A DNA stretch of 64,000 bases from Gemmatimonadota bacterium (GCA_034521595.1 JAXHMG010000003.1:2432001-2496000); one strand, 5' to 3'; positions 49,559 through 59,936 are shown, counted from the stretch's first letter. The notes: generated by a model from the letters alone, not told the origin. Numbers and translations are program-made.

Positions 49559-50944
49559 TCAGCAGGTACCGAGAATAAAGCAGTTCGAAACCCGCTCACC
49601 CTGACCGATCACGAACACCTGACCGGGATTGGTGACGGCATCGGACGTGCTGCTCCAGCGCGGGGCGGTCACACCGAAGCGGTACATGTCCCACAACCGA
49701 CGCGTGACCATGTTGTACAGGTTCACGCGCCGCTCGTGCTGGAGAACCTCCAACGGCTCGGGATGGAGGGGGTTGTCGACATCATACTCGTCATGCGGAT
49801 GATCCGGATTCTTCATGGCCCGCACGTGGTTCAGATGCGTCTCGGCGATATCGTCCTCACCGTCGGCGATGGCCGCCTCGGCCAGGATCAGGTGGAGCTC
49901 CCTGGCCGTGACGACGTCGACTTCGGGGTAGAGGAACGCATCCACGAACTCCGTGATGCGCGCCTGGAGCGCCTGGTCCGGCATGTCGTCGATCGGGTCG
50001 AGCAGCGAGATCGCCGCTTCATCCGTATCGCCGTCGCCGTCGGCATCGTCCTCATCCTGCGCAACCGACTTTCCGCTCCCACTGATCACGACGTACTCGT
50101 CGGCCGGCACGAACTCCTGCCGGGAGTTCACCCAGGACCCCTGGGGGCTTTCGCTCGTCGACGATTGGAAGCGGAATCGGTATGCCCAATCCTCGTCCAC
50201 TCCGATCGCGTCGATCACGTCCTGAGCGTAACCATTGGCGGTCGCGTCGTTCACCAGCGGATCCGCCGTCGGGTCACCCTGCATCTTGGGCCACATGGCC
50301 CGCCCCCAGTGCGCGCGAGCCAACAGCGCGCGGATGGTGGTCGCGTCGCTGCCGCTCGCGAGCGCGAGCGCCGACTCGAGCCGGTCGATCGCGGTATCGT
50401 AGACCGACTGCATGTTGTCTTCGCCGACCGGCGGCCCCACCTCGATGCGGTCGGAGAACGCGAAGTCCTCCATGTTGTCCGCGATCGTCATGTGCATGAT
50501 GCCGGAGTACATGTTGGCGCGCATGACTTGCTCATCGTCCGCGCCGAACTCCACCGCGAGGCGCAGCGCCTCTTCGGCCGTCCAGGTCGCTTCCGCGAAT
50601 ACGTCGGTGAGAGCGTCACTTCGCCCGGACGGCGTCGTGATGATTCCCCGGTCGAGCTCGGCCGCCCAGTTCTGGGAGCCGGTATGCGTGAGCTCGTCGC
50701 TCAGGGCCGTCGTCGAGACGGCCGCGTCTCCGACCGCCTCCGAGGTGAGCTGCAACGCCCCGTTGACCAGGGCCGAAACCGCCTCCGCGTTCTCGAGGTC
50801 CGACTGAACCACGTTGTTGGGGTTTTCTACGTCTAGCAAGCTGTCACAGCCGGTCGCGCCCACGGCGAATGCCGCAGTCAGAAGCCCCGCGCTCAGGCGG
50901 TTCAGCTTCCGCCGGCTTTTGTAGCCAGTTTGTACGGATTGCAT
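49559..50944 (-). CDS. RagB/SusD-like nutrient-binding lipoprotein
   Basis: ATGC lipobox, LLDVENPN, LLARAH, ELHLILAEA, HERR..RRLWDMYR. Confidence 0.85.
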   Translation of the reverse strand: MQSVQTGYKSRRKLNRLSAGLLTAAFAVGATGCDSLLDVENPNNVVQSDLENAEAVSALVNGALQLTSEAVGDAAVSTTALSDELTHTGSQNWAAELDRGIITTPSGRSDALTDVFAEATWTAEEALRLAVEFGADDEQVMRANMYSGIMHMTIADNMEDFAFSDRIEVGPPVGEDNMQSVYDTAIDRLESALALASGSDATTIRALLARAHWGRAMWPKMQGDPTADPLVNDATANGYAQDVIDAIGVDEDWAYRFRFQSSTSESPQGSWVNSRQEFVPADEYVVISGSGKSVAQDEDDADGDGDTDEAAISLLDPIDDMPDQALQARITEFVDAFLYPEVDVVTARELHLILAEAAIADGEDDIAETHLNHVRAMKNPDHPHDEYDVDNPLHPEPLEVLQHERRVNLYNMVTRRLWDMYRFGVTAPRWSSTSDAVTNPGQVFVIGQGERVSNCFILGTC

Positions 50945-50961
50945 ATGAGATTCTCCGTTGA

Positions 50962-53900
50962 TCAGAAGCCGATACGAACGCTGAACGTGTAGCGCGTGGG
51001 CACACCCGGACGCCAACCGTCGATGCCGTACACGAAGTTGCTCGTGTCACCACTCGGGCTCGTGACGACGTTGCTCTCCGGATCGATGCCGGAATACTTC
51101 GTCCACAGCTTCAGGTTACGGCTCGCAGCCGTGACGGTCATGCGGTCGATGCCGAGGCCTTCGATGGCCGAACCCGGGACCTGATAGGTCAGGCCGAGCT
51201 CACGCCACCGGATGTAATCGGCCTCCTCGATCTTGTTCGTTCCGTCCCAAGGAGACAGCCCCGCGTGCTCTCGCCACTCGTTCGCGGCCGCCACCTTTTC
51301 GTCCGGTGACGCGTCCGGATTCGTGAGCGTGGACTCGATCTCCGCCGTCTCCCGGGTGTTCCGCCCCAACAGCCAGTGGGAGGCGCGGAACTCGCCGCTC
51401 AGGTTCTGGCGATGGAAGTTGCCGAACGCGTAGTCGAATTGAGTGGTCAGGCGGAAGCTTCCCAGAAAGGAGAGCGTCCCTCCGAAGGAGCCCGACCAAT
51501 CCGGCATGGGCTTTCCTCGGAAGAACTCACCGTCCGGCCCTTGACCACCCGTCGCCGGGAGAAACGCGAGATCGTCGGGGCTCACCGAGGGATTGTCCAC
51601 GAAGAACTGCCGCAGCTCGTCCTCGGAGTCCGGTTGGCCGTCATTGTCGTTGTCGTAGGCAGTCTCACCGGCCTGCGGCTCATAGATCTTGCGGCTGAAG
51701 AACGAGCCCGGTGCGTGCCCCTCCACGATCCACGTCCGGTACCGATAATACCCGACCTTGATCGCGGGGGCCTCGCCCATGTCCGTGACCTCTTCCTCGG
51801 TGTACGCAGCGTTCACGAACATGTCGAAGCCGGCGTTCGACGTGTTGAACAGCGTGCCGTTCATCCCGAGCTCGAATCCGGTCGCCTTCATCTCACCCAG
51901 GTTGAAGAGCTGGGTCGACGTGAAGCCACCCGACGGCGGGAACTGCCGCGGGACCAGCACGTCGCTGACCGTTCTGTCCCAGTACGTCGCGTCGAGCGAG
52001 AAACGGTCGTCCAGAATACCGAAGTCGCCACCGACCTCCCACTCGGTCGAAACCTCCGGCCTCAGGTCTTCATTACCGAGGTTGTCCGGCCCCACGCCGG
52101 GGCCTTCCACCGAGGGAACCGGTTGGAACGTGGTGAACTGGTCGAAAGCGCCGGGCTGCAATCCGGACCGTCCGACCGCTGCACGGAACCGGACCGAGCT
52201 GAACGGCCCGATACCGTCCATGCCGGCCATATCGGTCGGCACGACCGACACACTGACCTTCGGGTACAGCTCTCCGCCCGCGGTCTCACCGAACGCGCTA
52301 TGCTTGTCGTACCGCGCGCCGAGCGTGGTGAAGATGAAGTTGTTGAAGCCCAGCTGTTCCTGGACGTAGACTCCGGCGTTCACCTCCTGGTTGACCGTCT
52401 CGCCCGCGCTCGGCTCGGAAGCCGCCCCCGTGACCTCGAGGCCCGGTGCAGGAAATGCGAACCCGCTGCTGAAGTTCTCGTGGTACTCGTTTTGGAGGAG
52501 CTGCGCGCCCAGGATGAACGACGACGTGATATTTTCGGTCAACTCGTTGTCGTACACCGCCTTCGCGTCGAATGTGATGTTCCGCCGGTTGTGCGTGCTG
52601 AAGTCGCGCTCGCCCTCGGGGGCGGTGTTGGCGAAGTCATCGACGTTCCAACCGAAGCGCTGAAAGTCGATCTCCTCCGACGACACGATGTCCACGCCGA
52701 TGGTCGCATCCAGCGTCAGTCCCTCGAGCGGATTGTACTGCGTGTTGACGCTTCCGGCGAACCGCTTGGTCTCTTCGAACTGCTCGATGTTGAACATCTC
52801 GCGGATCGTCGCGAAGGTCCCCGTTCCCGTCGGGTTGTTCTCCCGAGCGAGCTCCGGCTTCGCCATGATCGACATGGAGAAGGTTCCGGTCGTGTTGTTC
52901 CCGTTGGTCGGGACTTCGTGGTAGCGCTCGGTATACATCGAGTTGAAGCGCAACCGGAGATCTTCGGTCGGGAAGAAGGTCAGATTGGCGGTCGCCTGCT
53001 TCTGCTCGTCGACATCCTGAGCCGGACCCCACTGCTCACCGCCGAAGGCGCCGTCCTCGTAGGCGTACCGGCCGGAGACGTAGTAGTTGATGGATTCGGT
53101 ACCGCCACGCACCGACAGGCTGTAGGCCTGGTTGAATCCGGTTTCGAAGAGCCCGTCGAGCAGCGGCGTGTCGAAGACCTCGTACCGACCGAGGGAACCG
53201 AGCCCCCAGTGGTCCGCAACGGCGTCCGCGTGCTCCTGACTGCATCCATCGCCCGGCCACAGAGCCGAGCCGGCCTGGCTGCAAACGAAGCCGGAGTGCT
53301 GCGCGTACCGCTCCATCGGCATCTGAGAGAAGCCGCCCTCGGCGGTCATCTCCCACTGCGGGTCCCCTGCCTGGCCCCGCTTGGTGAAGATCTGGATGAC
53401 CCCGTTGGACGCTTCGGTCCCGTACAGGGTGGCGGCCGCCGCACCCTTCAGGATCTCCACCCGCTCGATCGACTCGGGGTTGATGTCATCGAGGCGGGAC
53501 GCCGCGCCCGCGTCTCCGTCGTCCACGGCGTTAGAGACCCTGATGCCGTCGACGTAGACGATCGGGTTGTTGCTCTGGGTGAGCGACGAGGTGCCACGGA
53601 TACGGATCTCGGAACCTTCACCGGCCATGCCGCCGCTCTGTGCGACCGACACCCCGGCGGTGCGCCCCTGCAACTGCTCGGAGAAGTTCGCCGTGGGCGC
53701 GTCCTGGAGCTGCTCCATGTCAACCGCCGAAACGGTGTTGCCGAGACGGCGACGCTCGGTGGCCTGCCCGGCCCCGGTAATGACGAGCTCGTCGAGCTGA
53801 ACCGCGCTCGTGGAGAGCTCGAAGTCGAGCTGGGCGGTCTCACCGTCCGCGACCGTCACGGTCTGCTCGGCCGAGCCGTAACCCACGCGGTCCACCGAGA

Positions 53901-54150
53901 CGGTGACCTCGCCGGCCGGCACCTCGAGAAGAAGGTAACGCCCGGACGAGTTGGTGAGCGTCCCGAGGCTCGTGCCTTCGACGAAAACCTGCACGGCATC
54001 GAGCGGGCGCATGCTACTGCCGTCGACCACGGTACCCGTGATCGACCCTTGCTGCGCGGCCACGGCGCCCGGCAAGAACGCCAGGACGGCGGCCGTCAGC
54101 AACGCCCGTGATTGCCCTCGTGCTGCTTGGACAAACGCGTCATGAAACAT
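50962..54150 (-). CDS. SusC/RagA family TonB-dependent outer membrane transporter
   Basis: Carboxypeptidase-like N-domain, LDELVITG, IRIRG, IERVEILKGAAAATLYG..NGVIQI, terminal Phe. Confidence 0.93.
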   Translation of the reverse strand: MFHDAFVQAARGQSRALLTAAVLAFLPGAVAAQQGSITGTVVDGSSMRPLDAVQVFVEGTSLGTLTNSSGRYLLLEVPAGEVTVSVDRVGYGSAEQTVTVADGETAQLDFELSTSAVQLDELVITGAGQATERRRLGNTVSAVDMEQLQDAPTANFSEQLQGRTAGVSVAQSGGMAGEGSEIRIRGTSSLTQSNNPIVYVDGIRVSNAVDDGDAGAASRLDDINPESIERVEILKGAAAATLYGTEASNGVIQIFTKRGQAGDPQWEMTAEGGFSQMPMERYAQHSGFVCSQAGSALWPGDGCSQEHADAVADHWGLGSLGRYEVFDTPLLDGLFETGFNQAYSLSVRGGTESINYYVSGRYAYEDGAFGGEQWGPAQDVDEQKQATANLTFFPTEDLRLRFNSMYTERYHEVPTNGNNTTGTFSMSIMAKPELARENNPTGTGTFATIREMFNIEQFEETKRFAGSVNTQYNPLEGLTLDATIGVDIVSSEEIDFQRFGWNVDDFANTAPEGERDFSTHNRRNITFDAKAVYDNELTENITSSFILGAQLLQNEYHENFSSGFAFPAPGLEVTGAASEPSAGETVNQEVNAGVYVQEQLGFNNFIFTTLGARYDKHSAFGETAGGELYPKVSVSVVPTDMAGMDGIGPFSSVRFRAAVGRSGLQPGAFDQFTTFQPVPSVEGPGVGPDNLGNEDLRPEVSTEWEVGGDFGILDDRFSLDATYWDRTVSDVLVPRQFPPSGGFTSTQLFNLGEMKATGFELGMNGTLFNTSNAGFDMFVNAAYTEEEVTDMGEAPAIKVGYYRYRTWIVEGHAPGSFFSRKIYEPQAGETAYDNDNDGQPDSEDELRQFFVDNPSVSPDDLAFLPATGGQGPDGEFFRGKPMPDWSGSFGGTLSFLGSFRLTTQFDYAFGNFHRQNLSGEFRASHWLLGRNTRETAEIESTLTNPDASPDEKVAAANEWREHAGLSPWDGTNKIEEADYIRWRELGLTYQVPGSAIEGLGIDRMTVTAASRNLKLWTKYSGIDPESNVVTSPSGDTSNFVYGIDGWRPGVPTRYTFSVRIGF

Positions 54151-54320
54151 AGGGCCTCCCCTATCAAGGAGTGGTTGGGCCATGCTCGGCCCTTCGGTTA
54201 CAGGCGGTCGCTCACCGCCCGAGCTGTGTACCTCGAGTACCTGCACGTGGGCACGCGACCCGCACCCAGCTCTGGGAGCCTCGAGTGTCGAGTGCGCGCA
54301 GCGCGGATCACCCGGTGCGC

Positions 54321-54349
54321 AGCTTTGGCTCTGGAAGCGGCTGTGTCAA
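54321..54349 (-). promoter_or_regulatory. Candidate sigma-70 promoter of the susC-like gene
   Basis: TTGACA-N17-AAAGCT on the minus strand, about 170 nt upstream of the ATG. Confidence 0.45.
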
Positions 54350-54420
54350 GGAATCGTGCAGAGCAACGCACGGGGACCGGAGCTATCGATCGGACGCATG
54401 CCCGTCGACCCTCCGTGCCA

Positions 54421-54660
54421 TCAGCCTCCGAGAGCCCGGTCGATCATGCGCTGGATGAGCTCCGGCCTCAGCGCCCGCGGATCGGTATAGGTGGGCCAGG
54501 GGGCCCGGAAGGTGACCGCCTCGCACGTGAACTCGAATCCGGCCGGAACGTCGCCCTGGTCGGGTTGGTCACACCCGACCACACGGGCGTCCCGGCCGGC
54601 GGATCGCCACACGATCCGCCACGTGACACCGTCTCGGTCACGAAACTCGAAGTCCGTCAC
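54421..54660 (-). CDS. Small hypothetical protein
   Basis: GGGGGA RBS, GTG start; FEFRDRDGVTWRIVW..GFEFTC..LIQRMIDRA. Confidence 0.55.
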   Translation of the reverse strand: MTDFEFRDRDGVTWRIVWRSAGRDARVVGCDQPDQGDVPAGFEFTCEAVTFRAPWPTYTDPRALRPELIQRMIDRALGG

Positions 54661-54760
54661 AATCCCCCCAGAGTGAAGCGTCGCCCGTTTCACTAAAGTG
54701 AATCGACGACGCCTGTTTGTCACGAGTCTCGTTGCAGCACGGGCGCGGACGACCCCTCTG

Positions 54761-54795
54761 AAAAAGGCCCGGGAGCCGCTGTGCGGCCCCCGGGC
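54761..54795 (-). terminator. tRNA-Lys terminator
   Basis: GCCCGGG..CCCGGGC stem followed by TTTTT on the minus strand. Confidence 0.7.
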
Positions 54796-54799
54796 GCAG

Positions 54800-54872
<73 letters not shown>

Positions 54873-54931
54873 ATCGGGAGCCCTTTAAGGTACGTTCGGG
54901 GAACACCCGGTCAAGCTTTCGCGCCCACCGG

Positions 54932-55324
54932 TCACGGTGAGGGGCCGTCACCGGCATCGTCCCGAAGCAAGGAGGCTCCCGGCTGGAGCGCTCGCGCCCG
55001 GTCGAGTGCCTCCGCGGCGGCGCTGTCGTTGCCGAGTGCCCCTTCCGCCATGTACACGCCGAACCAAGCCGCGGCGACCGCGTCGTCGATCTCGACGGCA
55101 CGCCGGTAATGCTCCACGGCCGCCTCGGGCGCTCCGGACCGCATCGCGACGTTCCCGCTGTCGAGTTGGGAGACCAGGGCCTGTGGCAAGGCGTCTCTCG
55201 CCTCCCGCACGGCGTCCGGCGTAACCGAATCCGTGCGCTGATCATCCTCGCGACATCCCCCGAAGACCACGATGACCGCGACGATCGCCATGACGCTACG
55301 GAGCGCACGAACCTGCTCGAGCAT
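54932..55324 (-). CDS. TPR-repeat lipoprotein
   Basis: FGGC lipobox; AVEHYRRAVEIDD..AAWFG..ALDRARALQP. Confidence 0.8.
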   Translation of the reverse strand: MLEQVRALRSVMAIVAVIVVFGGCREDDQRTDSVTPDAVREARDALPQALVSQLDSGNVAMRSGAPEAAVEHYRRAVEIDDAVAAAWFGVYMAEGALGNDSAAAEALDRARALQPGASLLRDDAGDGPSP

Positions 55325-55327
55325 TAG

Positions 55328-56776
55328 TCAGGATCCTCCCACCGGGTTACCCACGTGACACGCGAGACATGTTCGCGGCGAAGTCGCCCACGCACGCTCC
55401 GCGTCGAACGACGGACCATGCGGGCTGACCCTGAACGAGCCCAGAACCCCGTGACACTGCACGCAGTCGCGTTGTTGGTGGCACGAAGCGCAGCTCTCCA
55501 GGTTCTGCCGGGCCGCCTGTCCGTGGCGAAGGAGCCAGACGGGCTCGGCGTCGTGGTACCCGGATCCGAGTCGGCCGGAGCTCTCGAATCCGCTTTCCAG
55601 ATGGCAGGCGCGACAGAATGCGGCCGTTTCGTGGCAGGTAGCGCACTCGTCCGCGCGACCGAACGCAGCGGCCGCGTGCGTCCCCACGAAATCCGCGGGG
55701 TGATAGCTGTCCCCGGCGGGAGCGTCGTGACAGTCCGTGCAGTACCCGTCGGTGTGGCAAGTGCCGCACGTCGATTCGTCGGCCGCCGCCAGAGTCGAAT
55801 GAGCCTCCATGAAGAACGGCGACTCGTGGGTCCCCGGAGCCGACGCGGTGAGCCCCACGCCTGGAGCGTGCACGTCGGCACGCCTCGGCAGGGCGTCGAC
55901 CACGGCCGGCGCCGCGCTCACGTGACACGCCCGACAGTCCTCGGTCGTGTGGCAGGTGTTGCAGGATCCGGCATCGGACACGGGAGCGTGTCGTTCGCTC
56001 CATCGCGCTCGAGAATGTGACTCGGGAACCGGATAGGCCGCGGTCACCGGTGGGAGCTCGAGGTCGGGGGGGGCGGAGGGCATGGCCGCCACTGCGGGTT
56101 GGCCCGCATCCACGTGACAGGAGACGCACCGCTCTTCGGTATGGCACGTCGCACACCGGGCTGTGCCCTCCGAGGCGGAGGCGCCGTGGTCGCTCGCGAC
56201 GAATCCCCCGGTCAGGTGATCCCTCGGAACCGGAAGGCCGGTGATGCGCTCTACGGAGAAGCGACTGTCCGACAGTGGGACGTGACACATGGCACATTCA
56301 GCCGTGCCTTCGGGGACGGACTCGAAGTGACCGTCCGGCTCGCCGGCATGGCATGCGAAGCATGCGCTTTCGACCACCCGAGCCTCGACGTCCATGCGCG
56401 CGGCATCCGGCTCCGCGTGACAGCTCTCGCAGCTTCGGGGCGGCTCCCCCGCCGTCTCGAGATCCGCCGCGTGCGTGGCATGGTCGAATAGGACGTTGCT
56501 CGAGGTGTCGCTCGGCCCGGACCAGGATACCGCCGGGAGATCCACGTCGTCGTGACAACGGGCGCAGAGCTCCGCCTCCGGGTAGCCGGGAGCATCCCCG
56601 GCAGCGGGGGTGGTGTGGCATCCGGTGCAGACCGGGAAGAGTCCCGCGTGTTCCTCGTGGGGGAAGGGCTCCTCCTGGACGCTGCCGACCCCGGCCGATA
56701 CGACGCCCGTCAGAGCCACCGCGCCCACCACACCGACGCCGAGCGCGCCCAGCCGCAAGCTTCGAATCACGCTCAT
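55328..56776 (-). CDS. Exported multiheme cytochrome c (16 CxxCH)
   Basis: Signal/TM N-terminus; 16 CxxCH motifs counted; FPHEEH and FDHATH distal-His motifs. Confidence 0.92.
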   Translation of the reverse strand: MSVIRSLRLGALGVGVVGAVALTGVVSAGVGSVQEEPFPHEEHAGLFPVCTGCHTTPAAGDAPGYPEAELCARCHDDVDLPAVSWSGPSDTSSNVLFDHATHAADLETAGEPPRSCESCHAEPDAARMDVEARVVESACFACHAGEPDGHFESVPEGTAECAMCHVPLSDSRFSVERITGLPVPRDHLTGGFVASDHGASASEGTARCATCHTEERCVSCHVDAGQPAVAAMPSAPPDLELPPVTAAYPVPESHSRARWSERHAPVSDAGSCNTCHTTEDCRACHVSAAPAVVDALPRRADVHAPGVGLTASAPGTHESPFFMEAHSTLAAADESTCGTCHTDGYCTDCHDAPAGDSYHPADFVGTHAAAAFGRADECATCHETAAFCRACHLESGFESSGRLGSGYHDAEPVWLLRHGQAARQNLESCASCHQQRDCVQCHGVLGSFRVSPHGPSFDAERAWATSPRTCLACHVGNPVGGS

Positions 56777-58215
56777 CGCTGACCACCGCGTCGTCCGGAC
56801 AGACCCGGGTCTTCGCCCAACGTGACACGCAGCGACGACCACCCACGGTTCTGACTCCATGGCCGGTCGCCGCCATCGTCCGCATATCGATGCCGAAGCA
56901 CCGAGTAACCGCCCCGGAAGGAGAGGCGGTCCGTCAGTTGGGTGCCCGCCGACACACCGCCTCCCCATGCGCGCCCGTCACCGAGCCGGTACTGCTCGAT
57001 TTGCTGGAGCGTACGGGCGGAAATCGTGACGAACGTGTCGTCGGACGGCGTCCACGCCAGCCGGGTCTCGCCCGACGACAGGTAGCCGCCGGGGCCCCAT
57101 TCGAGCTCGTATGACACACCCGCGGACCAGGCGTCGCCCGGCGTCCACGTCGCTTCCAGGCCTGCGCGGCGTCCGCTGTCCTCGAGCGGTCTCAGAACGA
57201 CCGTCGTGCCCGCGGCTCCGTATCGTCGGACTCCGACGGATCCCTCGACCCGCCACGCATCCCGCGGAGCCCAGCCGACGCGGACCGTGCCTTCGGTATA
57301 GGCGACCGGCTCGAACAGGCCCCAGATGGTGGAAAGAGAGAAATACGGAACGTACCGGGCCGCCGATGCCTCGATCATGCCGCGAGCTCCGTCGAACGGA
57401 CGGGACAGGGTGAGGTGCCCCTTGCCGACCTCCCGCCGGGCGACATCGTAGTCCAACGAGCCCCGGAGCGTCCCGACGGACGAGCTCCAGCTCATATCCA
57501 GCGACGCGCGTTCCGAAGCGAGCCCGGAACGGTCGGCGAGGATCTCGCGGTGGTAGCGGGCCGTCATCGACAGGGCCGAGATGCGTCCGCGGGCGGATGC
57601 ACCAACGAGGTACACACTCTGGTCCGGCAGGAAATCCTCCAGGCCTCGCAACGCCTCATGGGCGGGATCGCGCAATCCCCTGGCGAGACTCCGTCCGCCG
57701 TATGCTTCAACCCGGATCCGGGGTCGGCTCCAGCGCACCATGCCACCGTCGAAGGACGGGAAGCCGAGTCCCGAACGCACTTCCTGACGCCCCACGCGCA
57801 CGGTGAGCTCTCCCCGCGCCAACGCCGCGTAAGCGAGCATGGCGTCGAAGGGATCGTCGGCCCGCGGCCATTCGAAGGCTCCTGCGACACGCTGTCGGGC
57901 ACGGAGCTGAACGGTCGCGCTCAGCCCCTGGACGCCCAGCCCCCAGGCGGTGAAAAAGAGGTCCTGGTTCGCGACGACCGCCAGCTCTTGATCCGCGCTC
58001 GTGTAGCACGGAGCGTCCGACGGACACGTGGCGGCGACCCGCTGGACCGGCCGCATGTCGACGAGCTGAGCCGAAGACCCGACCCACCCTCGGCCCTTCT
58101 GAGCCTCCGCTTCACCAGCAGCCCCCCCGGCGAGGGCCGCAACCGCAGCGATGCACCCGACCCACCGCCACGATGCGCCGACGCGGGGGCGCACGACCGC
58201 ATCCTTCCTGCTCAA
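56773..58215 (-). CDS. Putative outer-membrane beta-barrel (porin)
   Basis: Signal AEA-Q; amphipathic strands rich in Y/W/G/R; no CxxCH; overlaps cytochrome genes on both sides. Confidence 0.7.
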   Translation of the reverse strand: MSRKDAVVRPRVGASWRWVGCIAAVAALAGGAAGEAEAQKGRGWVGSSAQLVDMRPVQRVAATCPSDAPCYTSADQELAVVANQDLFFTAWGLGVQGLSATVQLRARQRVAGAFEWPRADDPFDAMLAYAALARGELTVRVGRQEVRSGLGFPSFDGGMVRWSRPRIRVEAYGGRSLARGLRDPAHEALRGLEDFLPDQSVYLVGASARGRISALSMTARYHREILADRSGLASERASLDMSWSSSVGTLRGSLDYDVARREVGKGHLTLSRPFDGARGMIEASAARYVPYFSLSTIWGLFEPVAYTEGTVRVGWAPRDAWRVEGSVGVRRYGAAGTTVVLRPLEDSGRRAGLEATWTPGDAWSAGVSYELEWGPGGYLSSGETRLAWTPSDDTFVTISARTLQQIEQYRLGDGRAWGGGVSAGTQLTDRLSFRGGYSVLRHRYADDGGDRPWSQNRGWSSLRVTLGEDPGLSGRRGGQR

Positions 58216-59936
58216 GGGGCCCCCACCCGGAACCCCGGACCGGTCATTGCGTGGCATTCCGCGCAATCGCCTTCGGGGCGGTGGTCGCGCTGATCCTGAT
58301 GGCAGACCAGACAGACGGAACGGGTCCGCTCGACGCTCTCGAACGGCGCATCCTGGTGGCAGCCGCTCCCGCCACACCCCACGTGCGCCGTTTCCACGCT
58401 ATGTGCATCCGGCGCGGCGGGCTCGTGGCACGACGCACAGTCGTTACCCGGATCATGGTGCGCCTCGTGACACGACGCGCAGTCCGCGCCGCTCGCGGAG
58501 CGGGTTGGATCATCCGTGTGGCAGGTCGCGCAGCGCTCGCCGGCATGGACGGCATGATCGAACGGGAGGCCGCGTCCGGGGCGCTCTCCGACGGACAACA
58601 CGAGCGTTCGCGTCACCTCCAGGGTCTCGGAGGTGCCGCCCGTCTCGGCATGGCACGTGGCGCAGTCTCCGGCCTCCGGCTCGGTATGATGACAGCTTCG
58701 GCAGTCCGTCACGGTCGTGACCGTGAGCGACCCGTGCTCGGGCTCACTCGCATGGCACGCGGCGCACTCGACGTCCCGGTGCTCGGTATGCTCGAACGGG
58801 GGCTCTTCCTGGCGGGCAGCGCTCGGGCTCCGGGAAGGCGAGACGGTCGTGGGGGACGAGCCGAGCGCCGCATGCGCGGCAAGGAGAACCGCGTCGCTCC
58901 GGGTGGATCCGGCGGCACTCCCCACGGTTCCGGGGTGGGGGCGCGTGCCGGATGGATTCCCGGCCCCGGCCGACGTTTCCGTGTCATCGAAAATGTCCGT
59001 GTGGCACGCGAGGCAGTTGTCGCCGTCCACGTGAAAATCGTGGGCCTGGTGACAATACATGCAATCCGAGGCCACCCCTTCGTCCAGACCCCGGTGAAAG
59101 GGTGTGAGCGCTTCAGCGTCCGTGTGACACCCGGCGGACGCACAGCTCTCGGCAGCCTCTTCGGGCGTCGCCTGCTCGTGGGGATTGTGACACGATGCGC
59201 AGGTGCCCTCGTGCGGATCGTCGTCCGGCATCGTCGCCATCGCCTGCATGGCGTGGCAGGAAAGGCACGTATCCTCGTTCGGGGCGAGCGCGGCCAACGC
59301 CGCTTCCGAACCCTCGGCGTCCACGGTCGTGTTGAAGCCGTGACAGGCCGCGCAGTGGATCGTCAGGTCACTCATTCCCCCGAGCTCGATCCCGGTGTCC
59401 TCGTGACATCCGGCTTGCGCGCACGTCCGGTCGCTCGCCGCGAACTCGTGCAGCGAGCTCGAATGGCACTCCACGCACTGCAACCCTTGAAGCGCGGGGT
59501 CGTCGGATTCGAGGTGCGCCCGGTGGCCCGCTGTCGCCGCCACGACCTCCCATCGCTCGGGGTCGCCCTCGATGTGGCAGTCGGCGCACAACCCGTTCGG
59601 CACTTCGGCGTGCACTGAAATCTCGTCGGGATTCTCGACGAACTGGGTGAGCCCCATGCGGCTCCGCTCGATCAGGTTCGGCTGATGGCAGTCCTTACAG
59701 CTGAGATCCTGGTGGGCGCTCCGGGCGAACCGTTCGTACGGTTCCGCCATGAGATGGCACGACAGACAGAAATCGTTGTCGTGCTCGACGAAGTCGTAGG
59801 TCTGGTAGGCGTAGTAACTCCCGGTCCCGGCCAGCGCCACCACGAGCACGCCCACGCCCGCGAGCGTAGGCAGCGACAACGTGGCGAGCCACCGGGCAAT
59901 ACGGCCCCGAGCCGGAGGAGGAGGGTCCGGAGGCAT
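58212..59936 (-). CDS. Membrane-anchored NapC/NirT-like multiheme cytochrome c (17 CxxCH + 3 CX4CH)
   Basis: N-terminal TM then YDFVEHDNDFCLSCHLM..YERFARSAH..CKDCH, the NapC/NrfH-type start. Confidence 0.9.
   Translation of the reverse strand: MPPDPPPPARGRIARWLATLSLPTLAGVGVLVVALAGTGSYYAYQTYDFVEHDNDFCLSCHLMAEPYERFARSAHQDLSCKDCHQPNLIERSRMGLTQFVENPDEISVHAEVPNGLCADCHIEGDPERWEVVAATAGHRAHLESDDPALQGLQCVECHSSSLHEFAASDRTCAQAGCHEDTGIELGGMSDLTIHCAACHGFNTTVDAEGSEAALAALAPNEDTCLSCHAMQAMATMPDDDPHEGTCASCHNPHEQATPEEAAESCASAGCHTDAEALTPFHRGLDEGVASDCMYCHQAHDFHVDGDNCLACHTDIFDDTETSAGAGNPSGTRPHPGTVGSAAGSTRSDAVLLAAHAALGSSPTTVSPSRSPSAARQEEPPFEHTEHRDVECAACHASEPEHGSLTVTTVTDCRSCHHTEPEAGDCATCHAETGGTSETLEVTRTLVLSVGERPGRGLPFDHAVHAGERCATCHTDDPTRSASGADCASCHEAHHDPGNDCASCHEPAAPDAHSVETAHVGCGGSGCHQDAPFESVERTRSVCLVCHQDQRDHRPEGDCAECHAMTGPGFRVGAP

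Noticed and set aside
51376-54111. 911-aa plus-strand ORF (and similar long ORFs at 40573-42747, 42573-43934, 60038-61498)
   Set aside because: Antisense shadows of real high-GC genes; no recognisable motifs
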